From a virus: 64,000 bases of DNA. Numbering within the stretch: the first letter of the stretch is position 1; the number at the start of each line of letters is the position of its first letter. The notes beneath the pieces were generated by a model. The model was not told where the DNA came from. It did no database searches and worked only from the letters and a program-made list of their open reading frames with translations. Positions 1 to 9,067 of the stretch are shown one piece after another. The stretch covers positions 1 to 64,000 of IMG/VR virus record IMGVR_UViG_3300025121_000027; one strand, written 5' to 3'. A program made the translations under genes and the position numbers.

Positions 1-878
1 CACCTCCATATAATATTTTTTACATTATCTTCTGTCTTATTCGCATTTGTATGCTCTTGCATATTCTTTCTAAAATTTAATTTAATGGAGTAATCCATTT
101 TCATCGAATCGATATAAGTATCTATTCTTTCGTCCATCTCTTTTTGTACATTGATATGAGTCCTAACAACAACCGATTTGTCTATTGGTATTTTTATCTC
201 TTCAATGGAATTATCTTCTGCATACCAAAGATAAAAGCATGGCTGATGGTCGATCTGATCTGCATCCATTCTCATTACAGAACCAGCATTGACAATCCTT
301 CTGTTATTAACTTCTATATCGAATCTTGTATGATTGTCTCCGCTTAGAATTAAGTCGTATCCTTTTAACTCTTCCAAAATGTCATACGCATTTCTGGTTT
401 CAAACATTGCTTTTTCTAAACTGATTTGCATATGAACGAGACAAATATATGGCTCTTCGTCTCTTCTCTTTCTTCTTGGTTTTGGCTCTATTCCATAAGG
501 AAAACCTACTACTTTAAAACCATCGCAATCTATTGTTGTTTCATGATTTAAAATAACTTCTGCTTTGTTTGCTTCTTGTAATACTGCAAGGCCGGACTTA
601 TTAAATAGCTCCAAGTTATGGTTTTGGTTGTCATGTTGACCTGGAATACAAATAAATTCCGGCATATATTCAAGAGCAATGCGAAGTAGCTCGGGAGAAG
701 GCTTCCAATAATTAAAGACATCCCCAGCGATTAATAAGGGAATATTATATTTGTCGCATATCTGATTAGCGTACTTTGCTTTATTTATTTGCGCTTGCAT
801 GAAATCATCTACACGACAAGTAGGGGTATCTTCTCTCCAGTGCCAATCAGAAGCAAGTAGTGCGGAAGGTTTTTTCAT
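1..878 (-). CDS. Mre11/SbcD-like metallophosphoesterase nuclease (3' end runs off the window)
   Basis: Not in the ORF track. ATG at 878 overlaps the upstream stop (ATGA). Reads MKKPSALLASDWHW...IAGDVF...IPGQHD, matching calcineurin-like DxH/GD/GxHD motifs. Adjacent to the Rad50-like gene. Confidence 0.85.
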   Translation of the reverse strand, partial: MKKPSALLASDWHWREDTPTCRVDDFMQAQINKAKYANQICDKYNIPLLIAGDVFNYWKPSPELLRIALEYMPEFICIPGQHDNQNHNLELFNKSGLAVLQEANKAEVILNHETTIDCDGFKVVGFPYGIEPKPRRKRRDEEPYICLVHMQISLEKAMFETRNAYDILEELKGYDLILSGDNHTRFDIEVNNRRIVNAGSVMRMDADQIDHQPCFYLWYAEDNSIEEIKIPIDKSVVVRTHINVQKEMDERIDTYIDSMKMDYSIKLNFRKNMQEHTNANKTEDNVKNIIWR

Positions 879-1969
879 TTCCAGTCTCCTCCGCACAAAG
901 GGCATTCCTTCGGTGCCATCAGTTTATATTCTGTAGCCACTTTCTTATATTCTTTTTCTGCTTTCTCTAACTCTTCTTTGGCATCAATTATTTTATTCTC
1001 TATTTCTATAAATTGGTCTATCTCTTTTCTAAGAGAATCAATTTCATTTCTTTGCTTTAGCAATAAAGATATATCTTCTTTTGCTTTAACAATAGAATTT
1101 GCTCTTTCTATTTCATCTTCTAAATCAGCTATCTTATTTTCTATTGATTCTAATTCTGCTATCTTGTTTTCTATAGTAGATATTTCTTGCTTCAAAGATA
1201 TAAGTTGTTCGATTTCTTTCTTGGCATTTACTGTAAGTGGTTTATATCTGTCTATCTCTTTTTGAAGTTCTATTATTTTGCTTTTACCATTTCTTAATCT
1301 CTGCTCATCATTTCTAATAATAGATAAACTGGATTCTATTTGCTCAAGTTCCGTTAATTCTTTTTCAGCAGAATCAACCCAATTAAAATCTTCTACTTGT
1401 AGTTCTGCTCTTATTAGTTCTGCTTCTTCTCTTTTTATTGTTGCTCTTGTATCCCTTATTTCACTATCAGCATTTCTAAATGATGTATCTATATCTGAAA
1501 GCGAAGCAATTTGATTTAGCTTCCTGCCTATTTCTCCTGGCTTATCTCCTACAAGAAAATGTGGATTGTCTTGCTCTTGAAAATTAATCTCGCTCATATT
1601 CAAGGGATTAGATACTTCATCTGGTACTCTTGTTCCTACTGCTTCAAGTGGTTTTGTTAATGTAGATATTCTATATTCATTTGACTTTGGTCCTTTGACT
1701 CTTGATATCTCTGTTCCGTCTTCAAATACAACAGTAAATATACACTCGCCGGTTAATTCAAAATCGCCATTTTTCTTTTTCTTCTTTATCCAATCAGAAG
1801 CAAATTCGTTTCCGCTTGGATCATTATCTTTAAGCCATTTAAGTCCTTTAAGTATTGCCGATTTGCCTTTATCAGAAACACCGCAAATTATATTGACATT
1901 GGGAGAAAGATCGAAAGTCTCTTTCTCCCATGACATAAAGTTTTGGATTTTGAATTGCTTAAATTTCAT
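875..1969 (-). CDS. Rad50/SbcC-like ABC ATPase, N-terminal half (Walker A, coiled coil, terminal CxxC hook)
   Basis: Likely start MKFKQFKIQNFMS at 1969. Contains G-VSDK-GKS and a coiled coil, and ends CPLCGGDWK. Confidence 0.85.
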   Translation of the reverse strand: MKFKQFKIQNFMSWEKETFDLSPNVNIICGVSDKGKSAILKGLKWLKDNDPSGNEFASDWIKKKKKNGDFELTGECIFTVVFEDGTEISRVKGPKSNEYRISTLTKPLEAVGTRVPDEVSNPLNMSEINFQEQDNPHFLVGDKPGEIGRKLNQIASLSDIDTSFRNADSEIRDTRATIKREEAELIRAELQVEDFNWVDSAEKELTELEQIESSLSIIRNDEQRLRNGKSKIIELQKEIDRYKPLTVNAKKEIEQLISLKQEISTIENKIAELESIENKIADLEDEIERANSIVKAKEDISLLLKQRNEIDSLRKEIDQFIEIENKIIDAKEELEKAEKEYKKVATEYKLMAPKECPLCGGDWK

Positions 1970-2169
1970 TTTATTAAGTCTTTTAAATCTAAAATTCCTT
2001 TTGGTTTTTCTATAGTTGGATCTCCTGCAACAATCCAATACGCATATGTTACTGCTTGAAAAATATTTGCTGCTTTTAATTCCCCAATATCAACAAAGTA
2101 TTTATAAACAATAGAATCAATTTGCTGTTTTTCTTTTGCTGCTTGTTTTAAAGCATCTTATTGGCTCAT
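1966..2169 (-). pseudogene. 67-codon hypothetical gene with an in-frame TAA at codon 4
   Basis: ATG AGC CAA TAA GAT GCT... then open to TGA at 1966. Both ends form ATGA overlaps with the neighbouring genes. Confidence 0.6.
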
Positions 2170-2741
2170 TTCTTCATTGCCTCTTTCGCTTTTTTAATCA
2201 GTTCTTTTTCTTCTTTAGAAAACTTATTCCTACAAATAAACGGATATACTTTCTGATAAATCTTTTTCCATGTTTCATTCCAACCAAATCTTGGATACTT
2301 AGGCAAAGCTTTTCTTTTAGGAAACGCCAAAAAATAATACTTACAAATTCTTTTGTATTCAGGAATTGTTATTCTCTTGCGCTCTATCTTTCTTTCATTA
2401 GGATGGATTATCAACTCCTTAATTGGTGGTTGTTCTATATAATCAGCACATCTTCTTAATAGTTCTGGAAGAGATATTACTTTATGTAATCCATATCTGC
2501 GCCAACTTCTTTCTAATTTACCTTCAAATGAATTTGCGTTTCTATGAATGACGCCTCTTAAACAACCAAGTCTATCTTTACCGCCACACTCTTCTGATTT
2601 AAGTTTATGTTTATGATCCAGTACACACTCGGCTTTATCAATACAAACTCCAAGAATAGCACACTTGCCATCTTGCTTTTTAAATTGCTTCTCTCTTAAC
2701 TCTGCAAGTTCTTTTGAAGTAATAGATATAAGTTTAGACAT
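2166..2741 (-). CDS. Recombination endonuclease VII-like Holliday junction resolvase
   Basis: QDGKCAI...VLDHKH...LRGVIHRNANSFEGK resembles the T4 gp49 motif. Confidence 0.8.
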   Translation of the reverse strand: MSKLISITSKELAELREKQFKKQDGKCAILGVCIDKAECVLDHKHKLKSEECGGKDRLGCLRGVIHRNANSFEGKLERSWRRYGLHKVISLPELLRRCADYIEQPPIKELIIHPNERKIERKRITIPEYKRICKYYFLAFPKRKALPKYPRFGWNETWKKIYQKVYPFICRNKFSKEEKELIKKAKEAMKK

Positions 2742-2749
2742 TTACTTTT

Positions 2750-3325
2750 TTACTTTCTATTATAATATACATCATAAAGTTTCTCTGCATATCCATTCTT
2801 TTTATACTCTGGCCCATTATACTTATAAGCAAAGTCATTCCAATTTCTGTCTTGTAGCTCATAGGCAAGACCTACATTCTTAATGTAGTTACAGAAAGAA
2901 ATTAGATGTTCTCTTTCAGAATCTTCCATTGCATTTACAAAATCGTAAACATCTGCAAAGCCACAATAAGCATGATTAACTCCGAGAATTTGAAACTTGC
3001 CCCACGAAGCAGACATATAAGCACAAGCTGGATTGCATAATTTTGCTGCGTTTAATCTCTTCCATTCTTCTTTTTGATTCTTACCATAGAATTTCTTTGT
3101 CCATTTAGGATAAGAAATAGTCGGATACTCTCTATCATATTTATGTTGTGTTAAACGAGAAAACCAATGGCCTTCAAATAGAATAACAGGAAGGCCATCT
3201 TCAGAGAATCCTCCATTCGGCGCTTCTACTTTTGCTACCGCTTGAATAGCGGCAACTTCACACTTCAAAATTTTAGCAGCTTGTTTATAGTCTGCTAATG
3301 TCAGAGTATTATTTTTACTGCTCAT
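2750..3325 (-). CDS. N-acetylmuramidase (DUF3380 family) endolysin
   Basis: AVAKVEA..GGF, ILFEGHWF, SASWGKFQILGVNH and YNGPEY motifs. Confidence 0.88.
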   Translation of the reverse strand: MSSKNNTLTLADYKQAAKILKCEVAAIQAVAKVEAPNGGFSEDGLPVILFEGHWFSRLTQHKYDREYPTISYPKWTKKFYGKNQKEEWKRLNAAKLCNPACAYMSASWGKFQILGVNHAYCGFADVYDFVNAMEDSEREHLISFCNYIKNVGLAYELQDRNWNDFAYKYNGPEYKKNGYAEKLYDVYYNRK

Positions 3326-4510
3326 TTAAAATCTCCTTGGAGTTTTAAACATAAGCATTTTTTCTACTTCTTTCCAAACAGAGCCAACAATATCTTGCAA
3401 CTTATCTTGTAGATTATTATCTTCGATATACTCTATCAAATTATCTTTACTCTTTTTTATATCAAATTCTTTTGCTACAATTCCTTTTGTATCGCTTGCC
3501 CAATGCTCTGTTAATTTTAAGAAGTCAATGCAAGATTCAACATCATGCAGACCATAAGATTCATAGATAGGAATTACAACTCCGCTCTTTCTTTTCTTTC
3601 CTGTAAGCTTATTTTTAATAACTTCAATTTGCGCCATACTCCCTATCTTATGTTTTAAATTCATTGCTTCTTCTGTAATACTTTTAATTGAATTAAGATA
3701 CAGTTGATGAAATGAATAGAAGAACGGAGCATCCCCGCCAGAAGTTACCCAATCAGTCTGGCCAAAACCACTTTTAAATCTTTGTCTTGTTTGCTGAATA
3801 ATAAATAGAGCACTATCTGTGCGCTTTATATTGCCATTAATCATTCGCAAAGCTTCTCCTATATGCTTTGCTTTCTCTGCTTTATATGATCCTTTAAGTT
3901 CTGTTACCGCTTCTGCACTCTTAGCGTTTTTGATAGCGTTCTTATATTCTCTTTCCATTTCTTCATCGGAAGTTAGAGAATCAAGACTATCCAAAACCCA
4001 AATAAAAGGTCTTCTCTGTTTACATTTAATTAAGATATTGCCTTTAAAATCTTGGATAGTCTCAGAAGGAACTGGTTCTCCATCGTCATAGTTCGGTGCT
4101 TTCAATCTACCTGAAGTAAGGTCTTCTGGGTCTTTTGGTGCTAACGGAGGGAATAAATAATCAAGATCAAAAGAAAGAGATTGCTCCCCATCATCATAAA
4201 TAAATTCATATTCTTTAAACTTAGGATCGACAGCGCAACACGCAAGCATAGTTAGCATCAATACAGTTTTTCCAGAAGCAGATTTGCCTGGAATAGTATT
4301 GATAGAGCCTAAAGCAAAGGCTCCCTTTGGGTTGTCGCTACAAGCACAGTTGACCAAAGTAGAGCCAGAAGGAATCAATCTATCTTCTGTTATCTTTTTA
4401 GGGTCTGGACCTACATACTCTTCTGGCTCATTCTCTTTTGTTCTGTCTCTATTCTCTATCTGCTCTGCCGCCGCACTTCGTCTTCGTCTTTTTTGAATAA
4501 GTTCTGCCAT
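3326..4510 (-). CDS. recA: RecA/UvsX-like recombinase
   Basis: PSGSTLVN, Walker A GKSASGKT, VLDSLDSL, TSGGDA and VIKNK motifs. Confidence 0.88.
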   Translation of the reverse strand: MAELIQKRRRRSAAAEQIENRDRTKENEPEEYVGPDPKKITEDRLIPSGSTLVNCACSDNPKGAFALGSINTIPGKSASGKTVLMLTMLACCAVDPKFKEYEFIYDDGEQSLSFDLDYLFPPLAPKDPEDLTSGRLKAPNYDDGEPVPSETIQDFKGNILIKCKQRRPFIWVLDSLDSLTSDEEMEREYKNAIKNAKSAEAVTELKGSYKAEKAKHIGEALRMINGNIKRTDSALFIIQQTRQRFKSGFGQTDWVTSGGDAPFFYSFHQLYLNSIKSITEEAMNLKHKIGSMAQIEVIKNKLTGKKRKSGVVIPIYESYGLHDVESCIDFLKLTEHWASDTKGIVAKEFDIKKSKDNLIEYIEDNNLQDKLQDIVGSVWKEVEKMLMFKTPRRF

Positions 4511-4516
4511 CTAATT

Positions 4517-4738
4517 TTATTCTCCATGATTGCCATATCTCAAAAAATATAAAAACTTATCCTTGTCCACATACCATCGGCCAAATACTTTCTTGCCGAT
4601 GCCATATTTGGCAAGCCATTTTATTAGTGTTGGTAGGGTAATTTTATAGCCTCTGGCCCTGGCAATTTCTAATGCTTCTGTAGTAGAAATTCCAGGGCCT
4701 TTAACTATTACCCCTATTTTATTTGGGGGGTCTGTCAT
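4517..4738 (-). CDS. Small helix-turn-helix (excisionase/MerR-like) DNA-binding protein
   Basis: ISTTEAL...TLIKW...GKKVFGRWYVD pattern. Confidence 0.6.
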   Translation of the reverse strand: MTDPPNKIGVIVKGPGISTTEALEIARARGYKITLPTLIKWLAKYGIGKKVFGRWYVDKDKFLYFLRYGNHGE

Positions 4739-4741
4739 AAG

Positions 4742-5923
4742 TTATCGCCGTCGTCTACGAGTTGTAGTTTCTGGTTCTGGTTTACTTTCTTCTTTTGTGA
4801 CAGGCTTTCTCTGTCTGCGCTGTACTTGCGGTTCTGGTTCTGGCTCCGGTTCTGGCTCCGGCTCATCTTGCGGATTATTAAATGCTTCTTCGCAAGCATT
4901 GTAATCTTCATCCGCACACTCATTACATTCAGGATGCTGATTGAAGTCTACGCCAAATTCTCTTTTCTTAGGGCATTTGCATTCATTATCATCAGGCGGG
5001 AAAGAGCCTTCATCTTCTGTCTCTTGCTTCTCTTCTTTCTTGAATCGACTGCTCCGATTAGGCTTTTTCTCTTCCTTGCTTTCTTTGCTTTCCTTATCGT
5101 CTTTCTTTTGGTTCTTCTCTTTGTTCTTTGTATGGGCTTTGGTTATATCTCCAGTGCCACCAGTAAGAACAGAAGTCAATTGATCGTAAGTAGGAATTAC
5201 AAGTAATTGATCCAATGGATAGACTTCATCAAGAATAGAGTCCTCATAAGAACTTCGCTTTGCAAAATCAACACGATCCGCTTTAACAAAAGGAAATTTA
5301 CCGAGCTTCTCTTCTTTGCCGCGCCACTCTACTGTTTTACCATCTTCCAAATCCCAAAATAACTCCAATCCTTTTTCACCCATGTAGACTTCACCCATGA
5401 GGATTTTTTCAAATAGATGATAGGAGTGCTCCCACAATCTAATTTCATCATCAGCATTAAGATCAATGATGTTATACAAGCAACGCCATTTTGGCTTCAA
5501 GCCTTCAGCAAGTTTTCCATCCGGGTCTTCTTCTGGGTTGTCAAGCAGTCTTGCTCTCTCTTCACATACAGGGCAAGGCAAGCCAAATGTCTCAAGAAGA
5601 CAAAGTGTCTTCTGTTGCTCTGGTCCTACTCCGTTGTGAATAGCAAATTCAAGTTTATAATCTACATCACCAGGAACAAGACCGGTCGGCTTGCCTGAGA
5701 ACTTCCGCATTGTTTCATACCAATCCATCGAAACTTCAAACGGTAGAATATCAAACTTATTTGGTTCCCTGCCATGCTTTACTTTATCTACCCACTTAAC
5801 TTCACGATCTCCTAATGCTTTGAAGGAAAGAATAGTGGATGCTTTTCCTTCTCTGTTCTCAGCGCTGTCTTTGGTTTTGTTTTTTAGCTTCTCTCTTCGC
5901 TCTTTCCAACTTGGCTTTGCCAT
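4742..5923 (-). CDS. Single-stranded DNA-binding protein (gp32-like) with long charged tail
   Basis: H..C...CPVCE zinc-site pattern, FWDLEDGK, acidic/EP-repeat tail. Lies between recA and uvsY. Confidence 0.65.
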   Translation of the reverse strand: MAKPSWKERREKLKNKTKDSAENREGKASTILSFKALGDREVKWVDKVKHGREPNKFDILPFEVSMDWYETMRKFSGKPTGLVPGDVDYKLEFAIHNGVGPEQQKTLCLLETFGLPCPVCEERARLLDNPEEDPDGKLAEGLKPKWRCLYNIIDLNADDEIRLWEHSYHLFEKILMGEVYMGEKGLELFWDLEDGKTVEWRGKEEKLGKFPFVKADRVDFAKRSSYEDSILDEVYPLDQLLVIPTYDQLTSVLTGGTGDITKAHTKNKEKNQKKDDKESKESKEEKKPNRSSRFKKEEKQETEDEGSFPPDDNECKCPKKREFGVDFNQHPECNECADEDYNACEEAFNNPQDEPEPEPEPEPEPQVQRRQRKPVTKEESKPEPETTTRRRRR

Positions 5924-5948
5924 AATAATTCTTGCTCCTTTTATTTAA

Positions 5949-6152
5949 TCATTTACATGCATGTTTGTGTGGCCGATGTCCTATGTGTATTCCTTTGCAA
6001 TACTCACAATAATAAGGGCTTAACTTCCACACTAAAACAGATTCTTTCTTTTTATAAATCTCTTTGATTGCTACTTTTGCTTCTTCTATTGAAGCATATT
6101 TTTTCTTTCCCTTGCAAGCATTTCTTTTCTTTCTGGCATTTTTAGAGGCCAT
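5949..6152 (-). CDS. Small basic Cys/His zinc-binding hypothetical protein
   Basis: GKKKY...PYYCEYCKGIHIGH; GAGG RBS. Confidence 0.6.
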   Translation of the reverse strand: MASKNARKKRNACKGKKKYASIEEAKVAIKEIYKKKESVLVWKLSPYYCEYCKGIHIGHRPHKHACK

Positions 6153-6167
6153 TAAATTACCTCATAG

Positions 6168-6653
6168 TTATTTTCTCCTTCTTTGATTAACTGCATTCCT
6201 CGTTTCTTCATCTGCTTTTTCAAGCTGAACTTTCCTTACGCCTTGTGTTTTAGAAGTAGTTGCCCAATAGCCAAGAGCAAGAAGTTCTCTCTCTTCCCGA
6301 AGAGAATCGCTTCTTGCTCTGAAAACATTTATGCATTCTTTCAACAATTCCAAATCGTATTCAAGAACATTGATTTCAGCTACCAGCTTTTGATACTTAT
6401 CATCAATTTTAATTTCTGCATCTACTTCCGATACTGTCATTTTTTTATTAGCCAAATTAATAGTAGTTATCCTTAGTTTGGCTTCATATACTGCCATCTC
6501 CTCTTTCTTGTCTCTTAAATCTTTAGAGACTTTTGTTTTCTCTTTTGCATACTTCATAATCAATTCTGGATTATCTTGATTGTTTAGTTCAAGACTATCT
6601 AAATTGATTTTAATTTCGTTTTCATAATCAAAATTAGTCCAGTCAACAGACAT
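6168..6653 (-). CDS. UvsY-like recombination mediator
   Basis: Real start is MSVDW at 6653, since the track start overlaps the tRNA. Helical protein with TVSEVDAEIKIDDKY; sits next to SSB and RecA. Confidence 0.6.
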   Translation of the reverse strand: MSVDWTNFDYENEIKINLDSLELNNQDNPELIMKYAKEKTKVSKDLRDKKEEMAVYEAKLRITTINLANKKMTVSEVDAEIKIDDKYQKLVAEINVLEYDLELLKECINVFRARSDSLREERELLALGYWATTSKTQGVRKVQLEKADEETRNAVNQRRRK

Positions 6654-6670
6654 TACTTCTCCTTTTCTTT

Positions 6671-6747
6671 TGGTGCCGCTGCCTGGACTCGAACCAGGAA
6701 CCAAAGCCTTATAAAGACTACGCTCTAACCTATTGAGCTACAGCGGC
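6671..6747 (-). tRNA. tRNA-Ile, anticodon UAU
   Basis: GCCGCTG acceptor stem, D arm GCTCAATAGGTTAGAGC, anticodon loop TTTATAA, T loop GGTTCGAGTCC, A73 and encoded CCA. Confidence 0.9.
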
Positions 6748-6751
6748 ATAG

Positions 6752-6788
6752 TTTGCTTATGCCAAGAATTAGACTTGGCATAAGCAAA
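6752..6788. repeat. Perfect 15-bp inverted repeat immediately 5' of the tRNA (terminator or processing stem)
   Basis: TTTGCTTATGCCAAG-7nt-CTTGGCATAAGCAAA. Confidence 0.75.
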
Positions 6789-6808
6789 TAGTTGAACTTA
6801 ATTACTCC

Positions 6809-6964
6809 TTACTTTACAGGATCAAGTTCTTTGGTGCGCTTAACAACTACCTTGACGTCCCCGCCAACAGCTTTAGTAACAGCATCCTTGATAGACGCCA
6901 CCAACTTGCCATCAGCCATTTCAGTCTCTTTACTTCTAATAACGATAGAAAAAGCTTTCTTCAT
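6809..6964 (-). CDS. 51-aa hypothetical protein
   Basis: Below the track cutoff. MKKAFSIVIRSK...ELDPVK with a strong GGAGGTG RBS. Confidence 0.65.
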   Translation of the reverse strand: MKKAFSIVIRSKETEMADGKLVASIKDAVTKAVGGDVKVVVKRTKELDPVK

Positions 6965-6988
6965 TTAATCACCTCCCTTCTATATTAA

Positions 6989-9067
6989 TTATCCTGCACT
7001 CAATTGATACAATGGAAACACAATATCTCCCCATCCGTTAGCATAAGTAACAGTTTTCAAGGCTTCATAAACATCTGTCAATCTTATCATCGGGTCTTCA
7101 TCCCCTCTTTTCTTTTTCTTTTGATCCGATGAAAGAGCTATCTTTGTAATGTATCCTATGACTGCTCGGCGAACGTTCTCTGCATCTTCTCCCTTTTGTT
7201 TTATCTTGTATATAATATCTTTGATTCGCGCCCAGGATTCGCCGTTCGCTAATGACTGGCATAAATCCTTTATCTCTGCTTCAAGCGGCGTAAAACTGTT
7301 AATAGCTGTTATGATCGCTTCATCTTCAAGATCGATTACTTGGTCCAGTATTTTCAAAGCATCTCTCGGACAGCCATCGGCAGTATCTATAATTGCTTGA
7401 ATAGCTTTATCTGGAAATGAGCCAACATCTTCTTTCTTTAGAGTTCTGAGAAGAAGGGTTTTCATTTCTGTATCATTCAAAGGGTTGACTTTAAATGTAT
7501 GGCATCGGCTATGAATGGTTCCGATAAGTCTTTGCGGGTCTGTAGTACAAAGAATAAAATAAACCCAAGGCGGTGGCTCTTCCAAAGTTGTCAAGAAATT
7601 ATTCTGTGGAATGTTCTTCTCGGACGCACCGCCAGAGCCTATCATATGGCAATTATGAACAGGTAAACCGTTAGCGAAATAAGACGGATGATTTTTAACT
7701 TGCAAATCATAACAAATTACATATCCTTGATCTTTTTCTTTATCTCCGATAATACTTTGGAAACATTCGTCATTATTTCCTCGTTTGTAAATCTCAGAAT
7801 TTGCCAGCCTAATTCCTTTAGTTTTGCTGTTTTCTTTATATCTCTCAATATAATTTTTTTCGCACCGTGACTCTTTCCATCTACTTCTATTGCAAGCTTC
7901 AGTTTCTTGTTGCCAATATCTACTTTGTAGCAAGTTGGATAGCCAGGAAATCTTCCACCAAGCGGAATAGCAACTTCCATAGGCCAATTCAATGCTTTTG
8001 ACAATAAGACTTGTGGCTTTGTGAACTCCCCATTCCCTCCACGAGGAACAGGGCACAGGTGCAATGTTCCATTTGTCTCTTTTGTAGATTTCATTTTTTC
8101 TACATACTCTAAATTGAACATGGGATTTTTCTTTTTCATTCGCTTGGAATGTTTCTCTCCTATATAATCTCTCATTTCTTGAGACATATTTTTCCAAGCT
8201 TTTGCTACGCTCTTGCTGCGTTTTTTTCTGGCTTGTTCTGTATTGCATGTCGCTCTGTATTCTGGATGCTGCCGCAAATTCTCGTTGGCACATTTCCTCC
8301 CACAAAATCGATTCCCCAATTTTTTGACAGGCTTGCCGCATATCAAACATAAAGACCGAGATTTTGTCATTGATAAATTGTGACATTCTTTGGAGCAATA
8401 TTTCTGCCATTTCCGAATTACTTTGTTGCACGTCGCGCAATATTTGATTTCTCTCATTTGTTATTCCTATAAATTCAGAATCAAGCGGATAAATTATATC
8501 ATCAGAAGTAAGGTTTTGCGCTTCTACCCATCCCTTTGAAGTAAAAAATAAATGATCTTTAGTTGTATAAATATTTCTATCTTCTGAAAAAGTTAATTTA
8601 ATAAGTCTATCAAAAGATATTTTATTTTGCGATACAGCGACAACTTTATCTTTGCCATATAAAGAAACAATATCTTGATCAACTTTAATTTGTTCAATTG
8701 GGATATTGCCGCTTGGCGTTTCGATCATAGTTCCAGCAGGAAAACATTCTTCGATAAGCCAAACCCTACACTTTGCAACAGATGGTTTATAAGAGATACT
8801 TCTTTTCAATTCCTTAATGGTATCTGCTTTAACATCTCCACCATCAATCTGATAGAAGTCTGGACATTCATCGATAGGCATACCAAGAAGCTTCTCTGCA
8901 ACGATTCTTCCTGTTGTGCTCTTGCCGCTTCCTTTTGGACCCATAAACAACCAAGCGTGTGGCAAGTCTTTTTCTCTGGAAAAGATTGTCTTAATACTAT
9001 TGACCATATCTACATTACCAACAATTTCATCTAATGTCTTTGGTCTGTATGTAGTTTGAAGCGGCAT
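6989..9067 (-). CDS. dnaX: DNA polymerase III gamma/tau-like clamp loader, intein-containing
   Basis: YRPKTLDEIVG, Walker A GPKGSGKST, Walker B WLIEE|CH, LEEPP, SRC and GCPRDA motifs. Confidence 0.92.
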   Translation of the reverse strand: MPLQTTYRPKTLDEIVGNVDMVNSIKTIFSREKDLPHAWLFMGPKGSGKSTTGRIVAEKLLGMPIDECPDFYQIDGGDVKADTIKELKRSISYKPSVAKCRVWLIEECFPAGTMIETPSGNIPIEQIKVDQDIVSLYGKDKVVAVSQNKISFDRLIKLTFSEDRNIYTTKDHLFFTSKGWVEAQNLTSDDIIYPLDSEFIGITNERNQILRDVQQSNSEMAEILLQRMSQFINDKISVFMFDMRQACQKIGESILWEEMCQREFAAASRIQSDMQYRTSQKKTQQERSKSLEKYVSRNERLYRRETFQANEKEKSHVQFRVCRKNEIYKRDKWNIAPVPCSSWREWGVHKATSLIVKSIELAYGSCYSAWWKISWLSNLLQSRYWQQETEACNRSRWKESRCEKNYIERYKENSKTKGIRLANSEIYKRGNNDECFQSIIGDKEKDQGYVICYDLQVKNHPSYFANGLPVHNCHMIGSGGASEKNIPQNNFLTTLEEPPPWVYFILCTTDPQRLIGTIHSRCHTFKVNPLNDTEMKTLLLRTLKKEDVGSFPDKAIQAIIDTADGCPRDALKILDQVIDLEDEAIITAINSFTPLEAEIKDLCQSLANGESWARIKDIIYKIKQKGEDAENVRRAVIGYITKIALSSDQKKKKRGDEDPMIRLTDVYEALKTVTYANGWGDIVFPLYQLSAG
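7652..8746 (-). mobile_element. 365-aa intein in DnaX
   Basis: Starts CFPAGTMI, block B TKDHLF, ends YDLQV...YFANGLPVHN followed by Cys+1. Confidence 0.93.
7717..8457 (-). CDS. Zinc-finger + Vsr/DUF559-like (EDxHD-type) homing endonuclease nested in an alternate frame of the DnaX intein
   Basis: Two CxxC..FCS/YCS..C modules; YKVDIG..LAIEVDGKSH..D..LKELGWQILRF. Offset 610 nt from the dnaX start (different frame); AGGA upstream of the ATG. Confidence 0.85.
   Translation of the reverse strand: MREIKYCATCNKVIRKWQKYCSKECHNLSMTKSRSLCLICGKPVKKLGNRFCGRKCANENLRQHPEYRATCNTEQARKKRSKSVAKAWKNMSQEMRDYIGEKHSKRMKKKNPMFNLEYVEKMKSTKETNGTLHLCPVPRGGNGEFTKPQVLLSKALNWPMEVAIPLGGRFPGYPTCYKVDIGNKKLKLAIEVDGKSHGAKKIILRDIKKTAKLKELGWQILRFTNEEIMTNVSKVLSEIKKKIKDM

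Noticed and set aside
2158-2160. Stop-codon reassignment
   Set aside because: Only one in-frame TAA was found; TAA, TAG and TGA all terminate well-defined genes, and no suppressor tRNA was seen.
6654-6704. Track N-terminal extension of the UvsY-like ORF
   Set aside because: It overlaps the tRNA; an AAGGAG RBS supports the ATG at 6653.
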